Assembly: GCA_951406725.2 (NCBI GenBank)
Contig: OX597821.1
Span: 95,976,001-96,040,000, forward strand
Length of the DNA: 64,000 bases
From: Octopus vulgaris
Taxonomy: Eukaryota
Direction of reading: 5' to 3'
Shown here: positions 1-14,697 of the stretch, piece after piece
Layout: each line of letters opens with the position of its first letter
Position numbering within the stretch: the first letter of the stretch is position 1
Made by a program: the position numbers and the translations under genes
Notes under the pieces: model-generated
Databases searched by the model: none
What the model saw: only the letters and a program-made list of their open reading frames with translations
Told to the model about the DNA's origin: nothing

Positions 1-519
1 TGAAATTACGAAACAATCAAAGGAGTAATTAATAACGGATGTTCAAATGGTTTAATATACTATATTATATAACAAATTTTATGCAATACATTGAACAGAC
101 ACAGCAGTCTATAAAATAAAAGCAAAAAAGAAACCCCATATATTAAACTTAAAACACAAATCAAACGTATACAGCCGATAGATTAGACGAATAAGTAATT
201 AAGAAAGACCCAACAAAACAACAACAATAACAACAACTATAACAAAAAACAGAGCACCATAAAATCTTACACTACTTGTTTTGTAATCCGTGTTATTTTA
301 TCTCATGTGAGCTGTGCAATTAATTTGAAAATGCCTTGTGTAGGATATCGGTTATATTTATCGGTTTTCTCCATATCTTGCTCATTTCTATTTCAAGGTA
401 ATTGCAATTAAGTAGTTTCTTGCCCTACCAAACCGAGTGAGGATTTTATTACAATGGATCGGAACGAAATGTTTATCAGAGTATCGAGATTTTCATCTCT
501 GTCTCCGATAATTATTTGT

Positions 520-785
520 GGACTGGTGTTTTAAAAATGAAGTAAATCTCGAACAGAGAAGAATAGCTGTGAAAACAGCTAAGAAGATCGGGCAAAATAC
601 CCTTACAGAGAGAAAAAAGTGATCAGCAAGCTAGTGTTTGAGGGATACAAAGTTCGATTCTCTCTAGTGACTTACTAGTCACTGTTTTTTGTCTCAAAGG
701 GTATCTTTTGCCGATCCTCTAAATTGTTTTTCACAGTTATTCTCCAGCGTTCAAGATTTCCTTCATTTCTAAAATACCAACTCAA
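520..785. repeat. Imperfect foldback (about 110-bp inverted arms, about 40-bp spacer)
   Basis: 520-630 (GGACTGGTGTTTTAAAAATGAAGTAAATCTCGAAC...AGTGATCAGCAAG) aligns to the reverse complement of 671-785 (GAGTTGGTATTTTAGAAATGAAGGAAATCTTGAAC...AGTGACTAGTAAG) with scattered mismatches. Confidence 0.8.
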
Positions 786-791
786 TCGGTG

Positions 792-1081
792 TTTATTTTT
801 GTTTGTTACTTTTCGAGCCATGCCTGGCTCATAAGGGCCGGTTTCCCGGTTTCCTTGGCGTATAGGTTCCCCACCAGGACGGGACGCCGGTCCGTCGTAG
901 ATGAGCTGCAAGATGCAGGAGGAAAGAGTGAGAGAAAGTTGTGGCGAAAGAGTCAGCAGAAGTTTGCCATTCCTGCGTAGAGCTTAGGTGTTTCGCTCAT
1001 AAACACACACATCGCCCTGTCTGAGATTCGAACCCGCGATCCCTCGACCGCTGCTCTAACCACTAGGCCATGTGCCTCCAC
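792..1081 (-). mobile_element. Near full-length tRNA-derived SINE with 12-bp target-site duplication
   Basis: Minus-strand head GTGGAGGCACATGGCCTAGTGGTTAGAGC (A box) then GGTTCGAATCT (B box); A-rich tail AACAAACAAAAATAAA; ACTCAATCGGTG duplicated at 780-791 and 1082-1093. Confidence 0.9.
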
Positions 1082-1359
1082 ACTCAATCGGTGCTTCACT
1101 ACTTGTCTATAAAAATGTCTTTTTATATATATATGAACTGTGTTTGTTTTTTGTGTACAATCGCACATACCATTCCGGTACCCTTTCTGCCCTTCAAGTA
1201 AAATGTTACTGCTGTCAAGGCAAAGCCCAAGCCCTTTACAAAGTATTGATGCGAGGACATGGTAGGTTGTCGGCAACTAAACTACAGACCCTAATTTTAT
1301 ATCTTTACGGTAATTTTGTTTTGGGGAATGAATAATCTTTCTCTCTCTTCAGCAGCTAT

Positions 1360-3115
<1,756 letters not shown>

Positions 3116-3326
3116 ATACAGCTATATAGGGAAAATGTCAGGAGCAATTTTAGACGAAGGTATTGCCGTGTGATTAAAAACCTCGTTTCTAAACCACCTA
3201 ATTTCGGGTTCGGTGTCATTGGAAGGCAACTCTCATAAATTTCTTCGACCATAACTTCAAGTTGGCGAACCGTTTATGAGTGAAATCATCTTGGCAAAAA
3301 CGATGCGGAAATTAAATGCATGCATG

Positions 3327-3541
3327 TATGAACGGGGAAAAGTTCCTGGCTTTGGGTAAAAAACAATACATGAGGATCAGTTAATTATGATTTTATCCAA
3401 CGTATTCCCTTCTCAGATTCACACTCTTATTGCAGCAGTCTTTCAGTTTTTCTAAGCCCTGAAAAAGAACTTGGAAGGTTGGGCCCCTAACCAATCTTTT
3501 CATGATATCTTTAAAGCCAGGAACTTTTCAGCATCCTTCTA
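3327..3541 (-). mobile_element. mariner-derived MITE, copy 1
   Basis: TIR cores GAAAAGTTCCTGGCTTT / AAAGCCAGGAACTTTTC with TA flanks; the internal minus strand reads GLEKLKDCCNKSVNLRREYVG*, like a mariner transposase C-terminus; second copy at 15370-15617. Confidence 0.8.
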
Positions 3542-3619
3542 GTCTGTATGTATGTATTATGTATGTAAGTATTTTGTATGTATGTATATATGTATGTATA
3601 TATGTATATATGTATATAT

Positions 3620-4170
3620 CAGGTCACTTTCGAGTGCTACTGGTAACATGTAACCCAGTACAACCTGTTGCATGGTCGGGTCGTCGGCGACTAAACCGGC
3701 AACCCCACCAAGCTTGCTTGGTGAGGAGGGTGTTTATTGGACACCCTGCGGGATGAAAAACAAAGCCCGTCAAAGGGTGGAGGAACTCTTGAGAGTCAAC
3801 GGCCATCCAATAAATGTCTTAAGTCTGTATCATGCGCGGGGACATAGAAATAATCGGACTGAATACCCGATCACGCGGTTAAACCATTAGGAGTGAAGGA
3901 CTCCTAGCCTTTGTTAGGGCATCCTTCTCGGAGAAGGTAACTCAGGTAACTGGGATAACTCCGACATAAAACTTGCGGCTCAGTGGTTACCGATGATGTT
4001 GACTTGTCCTTCTTTTCGGATTATGGCTGATGTTGCTTAGTGAGTGGGATTGACTCAGTGCACAGCCTTTCCTCACTTAAAAAATAATCTTCTTGCACAG
4101 GCATTGCACGATAACAACATTGATTAAGCTTCGTGCAATGGCCATACTCGATAACGAGGGGGCAGCCACC
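3620..4170 (+). mobile_element. GC-richer non-coding repeat resembling an RTE-clade LINE 5' UTR
   Basis: About 550-bp island between TA/TATG tracts with no ORF; motifs AAGCTTGCTTGGTGAGGAGGG and GGCATCCTTCTCGGAGAAGGTAACTC recall RTE 5' UTRs (from memory, not aligned). Confidence 0.45.
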
Positions 4171-4203
<33 letters not shown>

Positions 4204-4856
4204 TGTATGTATGTATGTATGTATGTAGGTGTGTGTGAGTGTGTACGTGTGTGTGCATGTGTGTTTGTGCGTGTGTGTGTGTGTTCATGCTTACATTTGT
4301 CTTTATAGTTACTAGCACAAACCTGTATGTGAATTTCATATCAGACAATGTAGAAGTTATTTCGTTGGCTTGTTTCTTTAAGTTTGTCCATCAGAGTAGC
4401 CAAACGTATTAACTGTCCGTTTTTATTGCTGCTTTAGGCTTAGATTTTAGCAGTTCTAAATCGAATACAGTTATTTGAAAAAATTGTGTTGCAGCAGTGA
4501 AAACCGATTTCTTATCCTTTGTGCAGTTGTAGTCAATAAGTGTACGTAACACACCTTCTATAAGTTGGAAAGGTAGTGGCTAACGACATTAAAAGCTGTC
4601 TTCTTAAACTGCTCATTAACATCAATAGATGCTTTCTTGAACTGGTCTTTGGGTTGTATACTCGTTACATGTCAGACTTGGTTAAAAAAACTTTTGCCGT
4701 AAACATTTCTGCCGTAGAAAATTTGCCGTGGGAAATTTCATTTTAAATGATTCATCAGTTCTTTTTAAATATTTGACGTTGAATAAAGACTTGCTTATTT
4801 AATGATATTATCAAGCCTTTCATCATTCATTTTCTCTGTTTAAAAAATGCTGATAT

Positions 4857-4996
4857 AGGCGCATGTGTTGCGGTGTAGTAAGAAACTTGCTTCCCAACCA
4901 CGTGGTTCCGGGTTCAGTCCCACAGCGTGGCACCTTGGGCAAGTGTCTTCTACTATAACCTCGGATTTCGTAGACGGAAACTGAAAGAAGCCCATC

Positions 4997-5044
<48 letters not shown>

Positions 5045-5180
5045 GTATATATATATCGGCAAAGAAACCGATAGAATAATTACTAGGCTCACAAATAAGT
5101 CATAGGGTAGCATTGTTCGCCTAAAGGCAGAGCTCAGTAAGGCTGCAGTCATATGACTGAAACAATAAAGAATAAAAGAA
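4857..5180 (+). mobile_element. tRNA/CORE-like SINE with internal microsatellite (deleted copy)
   Basis: Head GGTTCCGGGTTCAGTCCCAC, CORE-like GGCACCTTGGGCAAGTGTC, internal (TA)n, tail GCAGTCATATGACTGAAACAATAAAG; homologous to 26340-26744. Confidence 0.9.
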
Positions 5181-5225
5181 TGAAATAATATGTACATACA
5201 TACATACATACATACATACATTCAT

Positions 5226-5412
<187 letters not shown>

Positions 5413-5417
5413 ATATA

Positions 5418-5519
5418 TATATCACGTGATCACGTGACTAACCAGACCATCAGATGTTGCTACACATCGCTGGTCACAATGCATTCGCATTGTTTTAGCC
5501 TTCGAACGACTTTATAAGT

Positions 5520-5583
<64 letters not shown>

Positions 5584-5678
5584 GTATATAGCCACCCCGC
5601 TGGCTAAGCAGCAGGCCAACAGAAGAAAGAGTGGGAGAAAGAGTGGTGAAAGAGTACAGCAGGGATCATCACCCCCCT
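5418..5678 (-). mobile_element. SINE body and tail fragment interrupted by a (TA)n tract
   Basis: GAAAGAGTGGGAGAAAGAGTGGTGAAAGAGTACAGCAG matches the body of the SINE at 922-960; the TA run at about 5512-5590 splits it. Confidence 0.65.
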
Positions 5679-5989
5679 TAAATAAAAATAAGTGGAAATT
5701 TTACCGGTGAGTGTGTTAAATTATAAGGCACAAAAAGAAAATAACTCTCCCCAGACACAACAGAATATACTTCAACACACGAACTCATTTAAAGAATCTT
5801 GCAAACCAAATCCCCAAACGAAATAAAATGTTATAGTTGGTATTGAAAAGCACAGATACTCTTTCACTACAGGGATGACATTCTAAAATATTTTTAGAGT
5901 CGAAATATACATTTCTAATTTTCATTCGCATTGCTTTCACACCCATACTTTCAATTTATGCTCAACTATTTACTATAATTGTCTAACTT

Positions 5990-6815
5990 CTATATTAACT
6001 TACTTCTGAAGATTTTTATAGTATCTGTATAACATATCAGTTAGCCTCGTTGTTTTGATACTTTTTCCATTTTTTTCCTGTCCAAGGAACAGTTTAAAGT
6101 CCTCGCTAGATTGCTTGATAATACCAATGAAAATACCAAGTAGACTCTTAAATCTGGAACCATTTGTGGTATATAATTGTAGGTCATTATAAAGACGAGA
6201 TAGTGGATAAGCCCGATATATTTTCACCCTCTCTAGTGCCCCAGTTTGTCCTTTACAATAATTCAGCTCAAGAGTAACAGTAAAATGTACTACCAACTTG
6301 GAATGTCGCTGGAATAAGGTTTTTTTCATTTGTAAATGTTCAATTGTTCTGTTGTATAATATTTTAGAGGCCAGTTTATAAATTACAAGCAAATAAATGG
6401 TTGGGCAGAAATTATATGTGTATTAGATTGATCTTCACTTGGGGAAATATTGTTGTCCTTCTTTTGGCAAGAAGTTGCAAGTAGTCTACCTCTGTCTGAT
6501 GGTAATGATAAACGAAGTTGCATAGATGAGACATTCAAAGATGTGAACACAGAGCTTTTTCTTTCAGGGTAAGCTGTTAAATCAACTTCTATACGCATTA
6601 CTTAAAGAGGAAGGAGAAAGAAAGCAGGGGAGTACTACCCTCTAATACATTTTGTGAAAAGTCAGTGAGAGTGGAAAAATTTGCGTGATTAAATGGTTTC
6701 TCCCTAACTCTGAGTCTGTAGTTTGGCGCAAGGACTGGGGGGAAAGTATTTGCTTTTGATGTATCAGGATAAACCAGGTTTGTATGTGGGTAGTTCCGAA
6801 GCACCCCATGAAATT
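5990..6815 (-). pseudogene. Highly decayed RT-like sequence (possible R2/NeSL/HERO-type non-LTR remnant)
   Basis: Frameshifted pieces FG..PH.NLVY...FPP, NVLEGSTPLLSF (a distant QGDxLSPLLF) and ERVKIYRAYPLSRL occur in the expected order; weak similarity. Confidence 0.3.
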
Positions 6816-6996
6816 ATACACGTATTACCAGGAGGGTTCTAAGCACTTGAAAACTGGCTGAAAATTTGTGAATACCTGAGGTTAAAGGTAGTAACCCGCT
6901 ACCCACATAAATCCTATCAGGAATAAAACCGAACCTGAGCCAAACCAAATGAATAACAATAATAATGATGATGATATTATTATTATTATTATTATT

Positions 6997-7061
<65 letters not shown>

Positions 7062-7071
7062 ATGCAAATTA

Positions 7072-7274
7072 TTGGCCACAAGGGCAATTTGGAGGAGGTG
7101 GTGATGAGTCATTACATCAACCCCAGTGTTCAACTGGTACTTATTTTACCGACCTCAAAAGGATGAAAGACAAAGTCGACCTCGGCGGAATTTGAACTCA
7201 GAACGTAAAGACGTTTTGAAATGCCGCTAAGCCGTTTGCCCACCGTGCTAACTGTCCTGTCAGCTCGCCGCTTT
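7072..7274 (-). mobile_element. Nin/Deu-domain-like tRNA SINE (representative copy)
   Basis: Family consensus from copies: head AAGGCGGCGAGCTGGCAGAA, B-box-like GAGTTCAAATTCC, core GCCTTTCATCCTTTCGGGGTCGATAAAATAAGTACCAG. Other copies at about 11320-11465, 11737-11870, 15740-15900, 15935-16035, 16120-16250, 16680-16800, 17925-18160, 32552-32762, 34435-34650, 53170-53385, 61645-61837 and 63880-64000, mostly beside (AAT)n. Confidence 0.85.
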
Positions 7275-7740
7275 CACAACAACAACAACAACAACAATAT
7301 TTTAGTTAGTGTATAAATAATATGGAAATGAAATAACAACTACGATATTGCATCAACTACGTAGTAAACAATCCAATGATATATAATGAGGCAAACCAAC
7401 ATATCGCACCATATCCACACCCTGTTTCCACACGTTCAACCCAGTTGTTTATTTTTATGTAAGTCGATGATTTCAAATCAACGATGAAAAATCTCGGTCG
7501 TCTATTCCACATTCGTGTTTCTCAATATTAGATTTCGGCTTTTTTTTTCTTCTTCGTCTTTTACCTCATTAGACACATCTCTATATCTCTCTCTCACACT
7601 GGCTGCCTCTCTCACTTTCTTTCTTATCCCACTTCTCTCCTTGTCTGTCAATGAAGTCCATTCTCTGTCTCTGATCTGATTTCACTCTTTTCTTCTTTCC
7701 CACTACCTCTCTCCCTCCCCCTCCTCTCTCTCTCTATTTA

Positions 7741-7803
<63 letters not shown>

Positions 7804-8142
7804 ATATATATATATCTGTTTATCTCTCTCTCTCTCTATTTATCTGCATCTCTCAATATCTCCATCTTCCTCTCTAATGCACATTTGCCTTCTGCCAATA
7901 GTTTTAATCATGCGTTGTTTCTCCTTACTCTCTCTCTCCCCCTCTCTCCTCTCTCTCTCCCCCTCTCTCTCTCGCTCTCTCTCTCCCTCTCCCTCTCTCT
8001 CTCTCTCTCTTTCTCTCTCCCTCCCTTTGTCTTTTTGTTTATCACTCTCAGACATACAGATGGAACTCACACCACGCATAAATCGATATATATATGTGTG
8101 TGTATAGATATATACATACATATATGTGTATAGATATGTACA

Positions 8143-8227
<85 letters not shown>

Positions 8228-8478
8228 GTATGTGTGTGGTGTTTGGTTGGTATGCATATGTGCGTATTCGTGATTATGTACATATGACTAACTAATATAG
8301 ATCTGTATACACGCACATCTATACATGCACACACACGCATTCGCATACACGGACATACATAAGTTGTTTATGATACATGATGAGTGATGCAAGCAATAAT
8401 AACGTTCTCATACACACAAAATGCAGCATGTAAACTCGGTTAAGCGCGCGAGTGTAGTTATGTCTTTATATATATATA

Positions 8479-8553
<75 letters not shown>

Positions 8554-8762
8554 GTATATATGTACACACATACACATATATATCCATCAATGTCTCTATG
8601 CACATACGACACATGCACATACGAGTGCATGTGTGTTTATGTGTATTATTAAAATATATTGAATGATTTTACAATTTTCTCCTCTCCTCTCCTCTCTCTC
8701 TCACTCTCTTTACACAGACACACGCACATTATGAATCATTTCAATTATACAGATACACAAAT

Positions 8763-8804
<42 letters not shown>

Positions 8805-8850
8805 TTACATACCTACACATTCATGCATTCATATATTCATATGTACATAC

Positions 8851-8961
<111 letters not shown>

Positions 8962-9027
8962 CATGTATGCATATATATATATATATGTATGTATCTTTGT
9001 ATGTGTAATATATATATATATATATGC

Positions 9028-9059
<32 letters not shown>

Positions 9060-9074
9060 GTATGTATATATGTA

Positions 9075-9118
<44 letters not shown>

Positions 9119-9923
9119 TGTATCTTTGTATGTGTAATATATATATATGCAAATTTTGTTTAACTATAGAATGTAATGACGAAGTAATTTTAAAATTAAA
9201 TAAATACCACACCACTCTTACTTCCCTTTTACTCTCAAACGTACTTTTACCCCCTCTCCGCTCCTGCACGTTTTTCTGACTGCTTCCTCTTCTCCAGACT
9301 TTATTACAATAAACTACACTGCGGCATTCCACACCAGACCACCACACTGGTGCTCTATCATACTCGTATCTTTTCTTTCCAATACATCCATGTTTTATTT
9401 TTACCTCTCTTAATATATCTTCATCTCCATCTCTATCTCTCTATCTCCATCTCTATCTCTATCTCTATCTTTGTCTCTATACGTCTCCTCTCCACACCAA
9501 TACTCTCCCTATCTTTCTGTTCCAAATGTATGCAATTTGTTTGAACAAATTACGAAGAATTGATTCAGCATGACAATTGCAACAAATTACAAAGTAGTAG
9601 ACGAGAGAGACCTTTAGTTAATCAATGATAACGAGGAGATGGATGGATTGTTTCACAACTTTACATCTCCTTCACTGTACACACACGCGAGCACGCACAC
9701 ACACAGTAATATGAGTGTATATGCATTAAACTATATACTAGCGTGTATGCACGTGTGTGTATATAAATATATATATACATATGCATATTGTATATGTCTA
9801 TATAATATGTTTATGCACACACATATTTATACATATATTTATAAATGCACGCATGTATGTATAAATATATGCATACATACATGTTTGTATGTATGTATGT
9901 ATGTGCGTTTCTATGTATGTATG

Positions 9924-9983
<60 letters not shown>

Positions 9984-10376
9984 AATGGAAAGAAAGGTAT
10001 TGAAAATCCAGGAGAATTCTTTATAAGCACTCCGTAGGGTTTATTTGGGTAACTAAGTTGTCCAATGAAAAGTCCATAAAGAATGGCGAATTATACATTC
10101 TTGAATTTGCTTAAAAGCGTTTCAGATAGTCTAACATTTGAAAATTCTGCGATGTAGTAACCATACATATCCATTGATTTCGTATATTAGTTGACGAATA
10201 TTCTACTGAGATAAATTTAATGCCGTCCTATCCTTATCAAAAGTTACCGCACTGCTTAGACTAGTGAACATTGTAAGGAAGATAGATATTGTTTGACCAG
10301 TGTAAGGAGTATAGGAGGCATTTCAGCAGACCTTCTTAGGAATAGTGTTTATTAGATCATACTAGAAATCTCTCTC

Positions 10377-10741
10377 TCTATATATATATATAAACGGCAA
10401 AATGTCTGTGTGTGTGTCCGTTATACAAATCCACAATTTTTTAGTTAGAGGGCTTGCACTTTCTATGGTCATCTAAAACTATCCATGGGTGGTCGTGCAC
10501 ATCTTTACATTTCTCCAGTCACCCACAAAGCCATTAAAAAATCAATAGAAGTGACTTTTTTGTGAATTTTCTATCCAAAACCCAATCAAAATGCCCGAAA
10601 CTTGATACGCCAATTGAATGCCAGCTAGCTGTATGTGATTGGTCGGAGATTTGGACAGTACTCGCGTGTATGTGCGCACGCACGCAGCTGTATATGCATG
10701 CACTAGCACTATGACCCGGCGTTGCCGTGTCATAGTGCTAG
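10377..10741 (+). mobile_element. Non-autonomous Helitron-like element
   Basis: 5' TCTATATATATATAAA then TGTCTGTGTG; GC-rich 3' hairpin followed by CTAG|T. Confidence 0.75.
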
Positions 10742-11477
10742 TGTTTTATAATATGATACTTAGTTTCCTAAATCCTACCCGTTAGCATGAAGAATGTTTA
10801 AGGCAAAATTTCCTACCCGATTTAAACCATTACTGACCATTTGAAATAGACAGAGGTACGTAAGACTAGGCTATTCAGCAGATAATTATTTAGTTTACGA
10901 TGGAAATATCATTTGATCAGTATTAAATCTAAATATAAATAATGAGTAGAAGAAGAAAGGAAAAGTTAATTGAAATTCTAAAGGAAAATAATGGAGTTAT
11001 TATTTACTAAAGAAGATATTCTATCTCATAAGAAAGATATTCCTTAAAAGAATAAATCTTAAAAATTCAAATTCTTATAATATGGTTAGGATTAATTAAG
11101 ATAAAAAGATTAAAAACTAAGGTAAAAATAATTAAAAGAAAAGAAAATTAAAAGGTAATAAAAAATAATTATAAAAGTAATTAAAACTAATAAAGAAATA
11201 ATAATTAAACAATCAATTACAGTATTTAAAATTATAAAATGATAATGATACTAACCCTAACTATAAAATAACAGCAGCAACAAAGATAAAAACAACAGCA
11301 ACAACCATAACAATGATATTGGCTTCAAATTTTGGCACAAAGCCAGCAATTTCGGGGGGTGGGGGTGGATGTTAAGTTGATTACATCGGCGCCAGTGTTC
11401 AACTGGTACTTATTTAATCGACTCCAAAAGGATGAAAGGCAAAGTCGACCTCGGCAGCATTCGAAAACAACAACGGC

Positions 11478-11530
<53 letters not shown>

Positions 11531-11562
11531 TAATAATAGTAATAATAATAATAATAATAATG

Positions 11563-11735
<173 letters not shown>

Positions 11736-11893
11736 CCTTTCTACAATAGATACAGGGCCTGGAATGTGGGGAAGGGGGATAGTCAATTACATCGACATAG
11801 TGCGTAACTGGTACTTAATTTATCGACCCCGAAAGGAAGAAAGGCCAAGTCAACCTCGGCGGCATTCGAAAACAACAACAACATCAGCAGTAG

Positions 11894-11924
<31 letters not shown>

Positions 11925-12167
11925 AATAATAGTAAAATTAAGATATGTAAAATAATTTGATAAAATAATTAGATAGATATGACTTGATCAAATAAATATT
12001 ATTGTTACTGCTAAATAATACTAGTTGAACTGTATCTACTAGATATAGTTGACAGAGAAAGCGAGATTCAACCTATTATATTAAGGTACATTAACCAGTA
12101 CTTCTTTATTTGGGAAGGTTTTAAAGATTCTTCTAAGTAAATGTGAACAGCTTAACACCTTAACATT

Positions 12168-12387
12168 ACAGTTCTATATTTAAGAGATGAGGAATTATGT
12201 ACATTATTTGCATTATTTGCATTCGACGGGTATTTGTCCTCATCTTGTTTGTTGTTAACGCAATGTTTCGGCTGATATACCCTCCAGCCTTCTTCAGCTG
12301 TCTCGGAGAAATTTCGAACCTGGGTTCTCATTCCTAAGGTATTTTTCGATGTTGTTGTTGTTGTTGTTGCTGTTGTTGTTGTTGTTG

Positions 12388-12419
<32 letters not shown>

Positions 12420-12615
12420 GTTCAGGTCACTGCTTGGAATCGAACTCGGAATCTTGCGGAGTGTCGGCTTGTTCCCTCCCCGCAAATAACAATAAAAAAT
12501 TCTAGGTTTGTACCTATAGCGCTCCTGTTTTTGCACATGCCCGGTCTGGGAATCGAAACCGCGTTCTTACGACCGCGAGTCCGTTGCCTTAACCACTGGG
12601 CCATTGCGCCTCCAC
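12168..12615 (-). mobile_element. Composite element: tRNA-like head, second B box, microsatellite, then hammerhead-bearing tail
   Basis: Head GTGGAGGCGCAATGGCCCAGTGG...GGTTTCGATTCCC (12615-12548); GAGTTCGATTCC (12448-12437); (AAT)/(AAC) tract; CTGAAGA-A-GGCTG..CAGCC-GAAAC (12297-12265). Confidence 0.65.
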
Positions 12616-13070
12616 TCTGTTGCTGCTGTTGGTGGTGATGTTGGAAGTTGTGCTCGTGTTGGTAATATTGGTTTAAATAGTTGCAGAGTTTGTGGTTGTT
12701 GTTGGCGGTATTAGTTGGTGGTTTTGGTAGTGGTGTTGATAGTAGTGTTGATAGCGATGCTGGCGACTGTGGCAGCGTTAATAGTGTTGATGGCGTTAGG
12801 TTTTGCTGATAGTAATGTTAGCTGCGTTAGTGTTGGAGCTGGTGCTGGGGTTGGTAAGGTTTGTGATGTCACGTTTCAATCGAGATTTATAATGAGAAAG
12901 CAATTAATGAGAGAAGTAAAAAAAAATAAAGGAAGCCATTATCTGAAGGCAAATATTTTCAAATTGAAACAGAAATTAAAAATTATTCCTGACACAATTA
13001 GAAATATATTGGTAAAAGGTAAGGATAGAAGGTAGAGGTGGAGGGTATTGGAGCACGAGAAGTGGATGGA

Positions 13071-13191
<121 letters not shown>

Positions 13192-13225
13192 GTATATATA
13201 TATATAAATATGTATATATATATAT

Positions 13226-13292
13226 AAAGTTAATCCAAACAAGAAAGCACAAAAAAACACAACAACGCGAGGACGTGGAACAAATATAGTAT
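13226..13292 (-). mobile_element. Penelope-like 3'-terminal fragment abutting (TA)n
   Basis: Reverse complement matches 46768-46831, the end of the GIY-YIG Penelope-like element. Confidence 0.8.
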
Positions 13293-13513
13293 ATAGACAT
13301 ACATGTATATATATACAAATATATATATGCATATGTATTCCTCTGTATGTTTATACATACGTACATAACTATGTATATAGTATATATATGATATATATGT
13401 ATACGTAAGTAGATATGTATGAAAGTATGTATGTATTTATATAGCTATGTATGTATGTATGTATATATGTATGTATGTATATATGTATGTATGTATATAT
13501 GTATGTATGTAAG

Positions 13514-13582
<69 letters not shown>

Positions 13583-13599
13583 CTTTAGCTATCTATGCT

Positions 13600-14370
13600 C
13601 AACATAATCGGTGAAAACAACAGTACAGAATACAAACTGAAAAGAAGCCGTAGAGATTGAGAAAGAGGAAGTGTCTTTGACGTTTCGAGCTTAAGAATGA
13701 TATACTCAAATATAGACTTTATTGGGGGCAACCTGTTCGAACCATCTTGCGTTCCCCCCCCCCCATTTTTATCTTTACATATATATAGCGGCGTACGTAC
13801 ACCCTTGTGCTCACCTTACAGAAGACATGTATCTAAATTTTGTACGACTCTTACTCTATCTTTTATTCCCCCTCTCATTTTCCTTCCTTTTTCTCGCTTC
13901 CTCTCTGTCACATTTCTTGGTCCCATCTTTCTTTAACTCCCACTATTTCCCACTCGTTTATCTCCCTTGTACCTTTTTCTTTGTCTCTGATTTTTTTCTA
14001 ATCCTTCAATCCCGCTGTCCCCCACCCATCTCTCCACCTTACTCGTGACCGGTGTCCGGCCAGCCATGATCTTTCTTTCTTGGCCTGACTGCCGACCGTC
14101 AACACCTCTTGTGTATATCCCCCATGTTCCTGCCTTTAGGCTTTCTCTTCATACACGCCAGCTCAATTTGATTCGTTCTCAATCAAAAGACTCCTGTTGT
14201 TATTTCTTGTTGTTTGTATTCGCAATTGTGTACGATGTTCTCCGTTCTTTGTTTATTTGTTTTCTTGTCTTTGTTGCTGTACACATTCGCTAGCTTTCTT
14301 ACAAAGGGGTCTAATGCTCTTAGCTTAGACATTTTTGGGGGCAACCAGATCGAACCATCTTTATGGCCTC
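13600..14370. mobile_element. Probable Penelope-like pseudo-LTR remnant with about 37-bp direct repeats
   Basis: TAGACTTTATTGGGGGCAACCTGTTCGAACCATCTT (13713-13748) recurs, diverged, at 14326-14361; inverted half-hammerhead GCTCGAAACGTCAAAG on the minus strand at 13675-13690. Confidence 0.45.
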
Positions 14371-14432
14371 TATTGCATTTTTGTTCCATTTATATATATA
14401 TATACACATACATACAAACATACATACATATC

Positions 14433-14479
<47 letters not shown>

Positions 14480-14622
14480 GCGTGTGTGTCTGTCTGTCTG
14501 TTTGAGTTCCTGTGTGTATGTCTGTGACCATGTAGGTATGGGTGTTATTTTGCGTGGTGTTATATATACTGATATAATAGCATAAGAGCTTCCATACATA
14601 TGAAACTATACTGCTGCTGCTG

Positions 14623-14697
<75 letters not shown>

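Noticed and set aside
1020-1081. tRNA gene candidates at SINE heads (also 12545-12615 and 26345-26410)
   Set aside because: No complete cloverleaf; they run into SINE bodies and one has a target-site duplication
3620-3700. HDV-like ribozyme fold
   Set aside because: A P4-like hairpin and C-UAA are present, but I could not assign P1, P2 and P3 pairings
7594-7608. Minus-strand GSQCE that could complete the EGF motif
   Set aside because: Inside GA-rich low-complexity sequence, no acceptor, stop codon shortly after
10427-10434. FoxH1-type site AATCCACA (also near 23207) near a Nodal-pathway gene
   Set aside because: Isolated 8-mers, one inside a Helitron; expected by chance in 64 kb
12610-12870. 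Hydrophobic Val/Ala-rich ORF resembling a membrane protein
   Set aside because: Degenerate (GTT/GGT/GCT)n trinucleotide repeat
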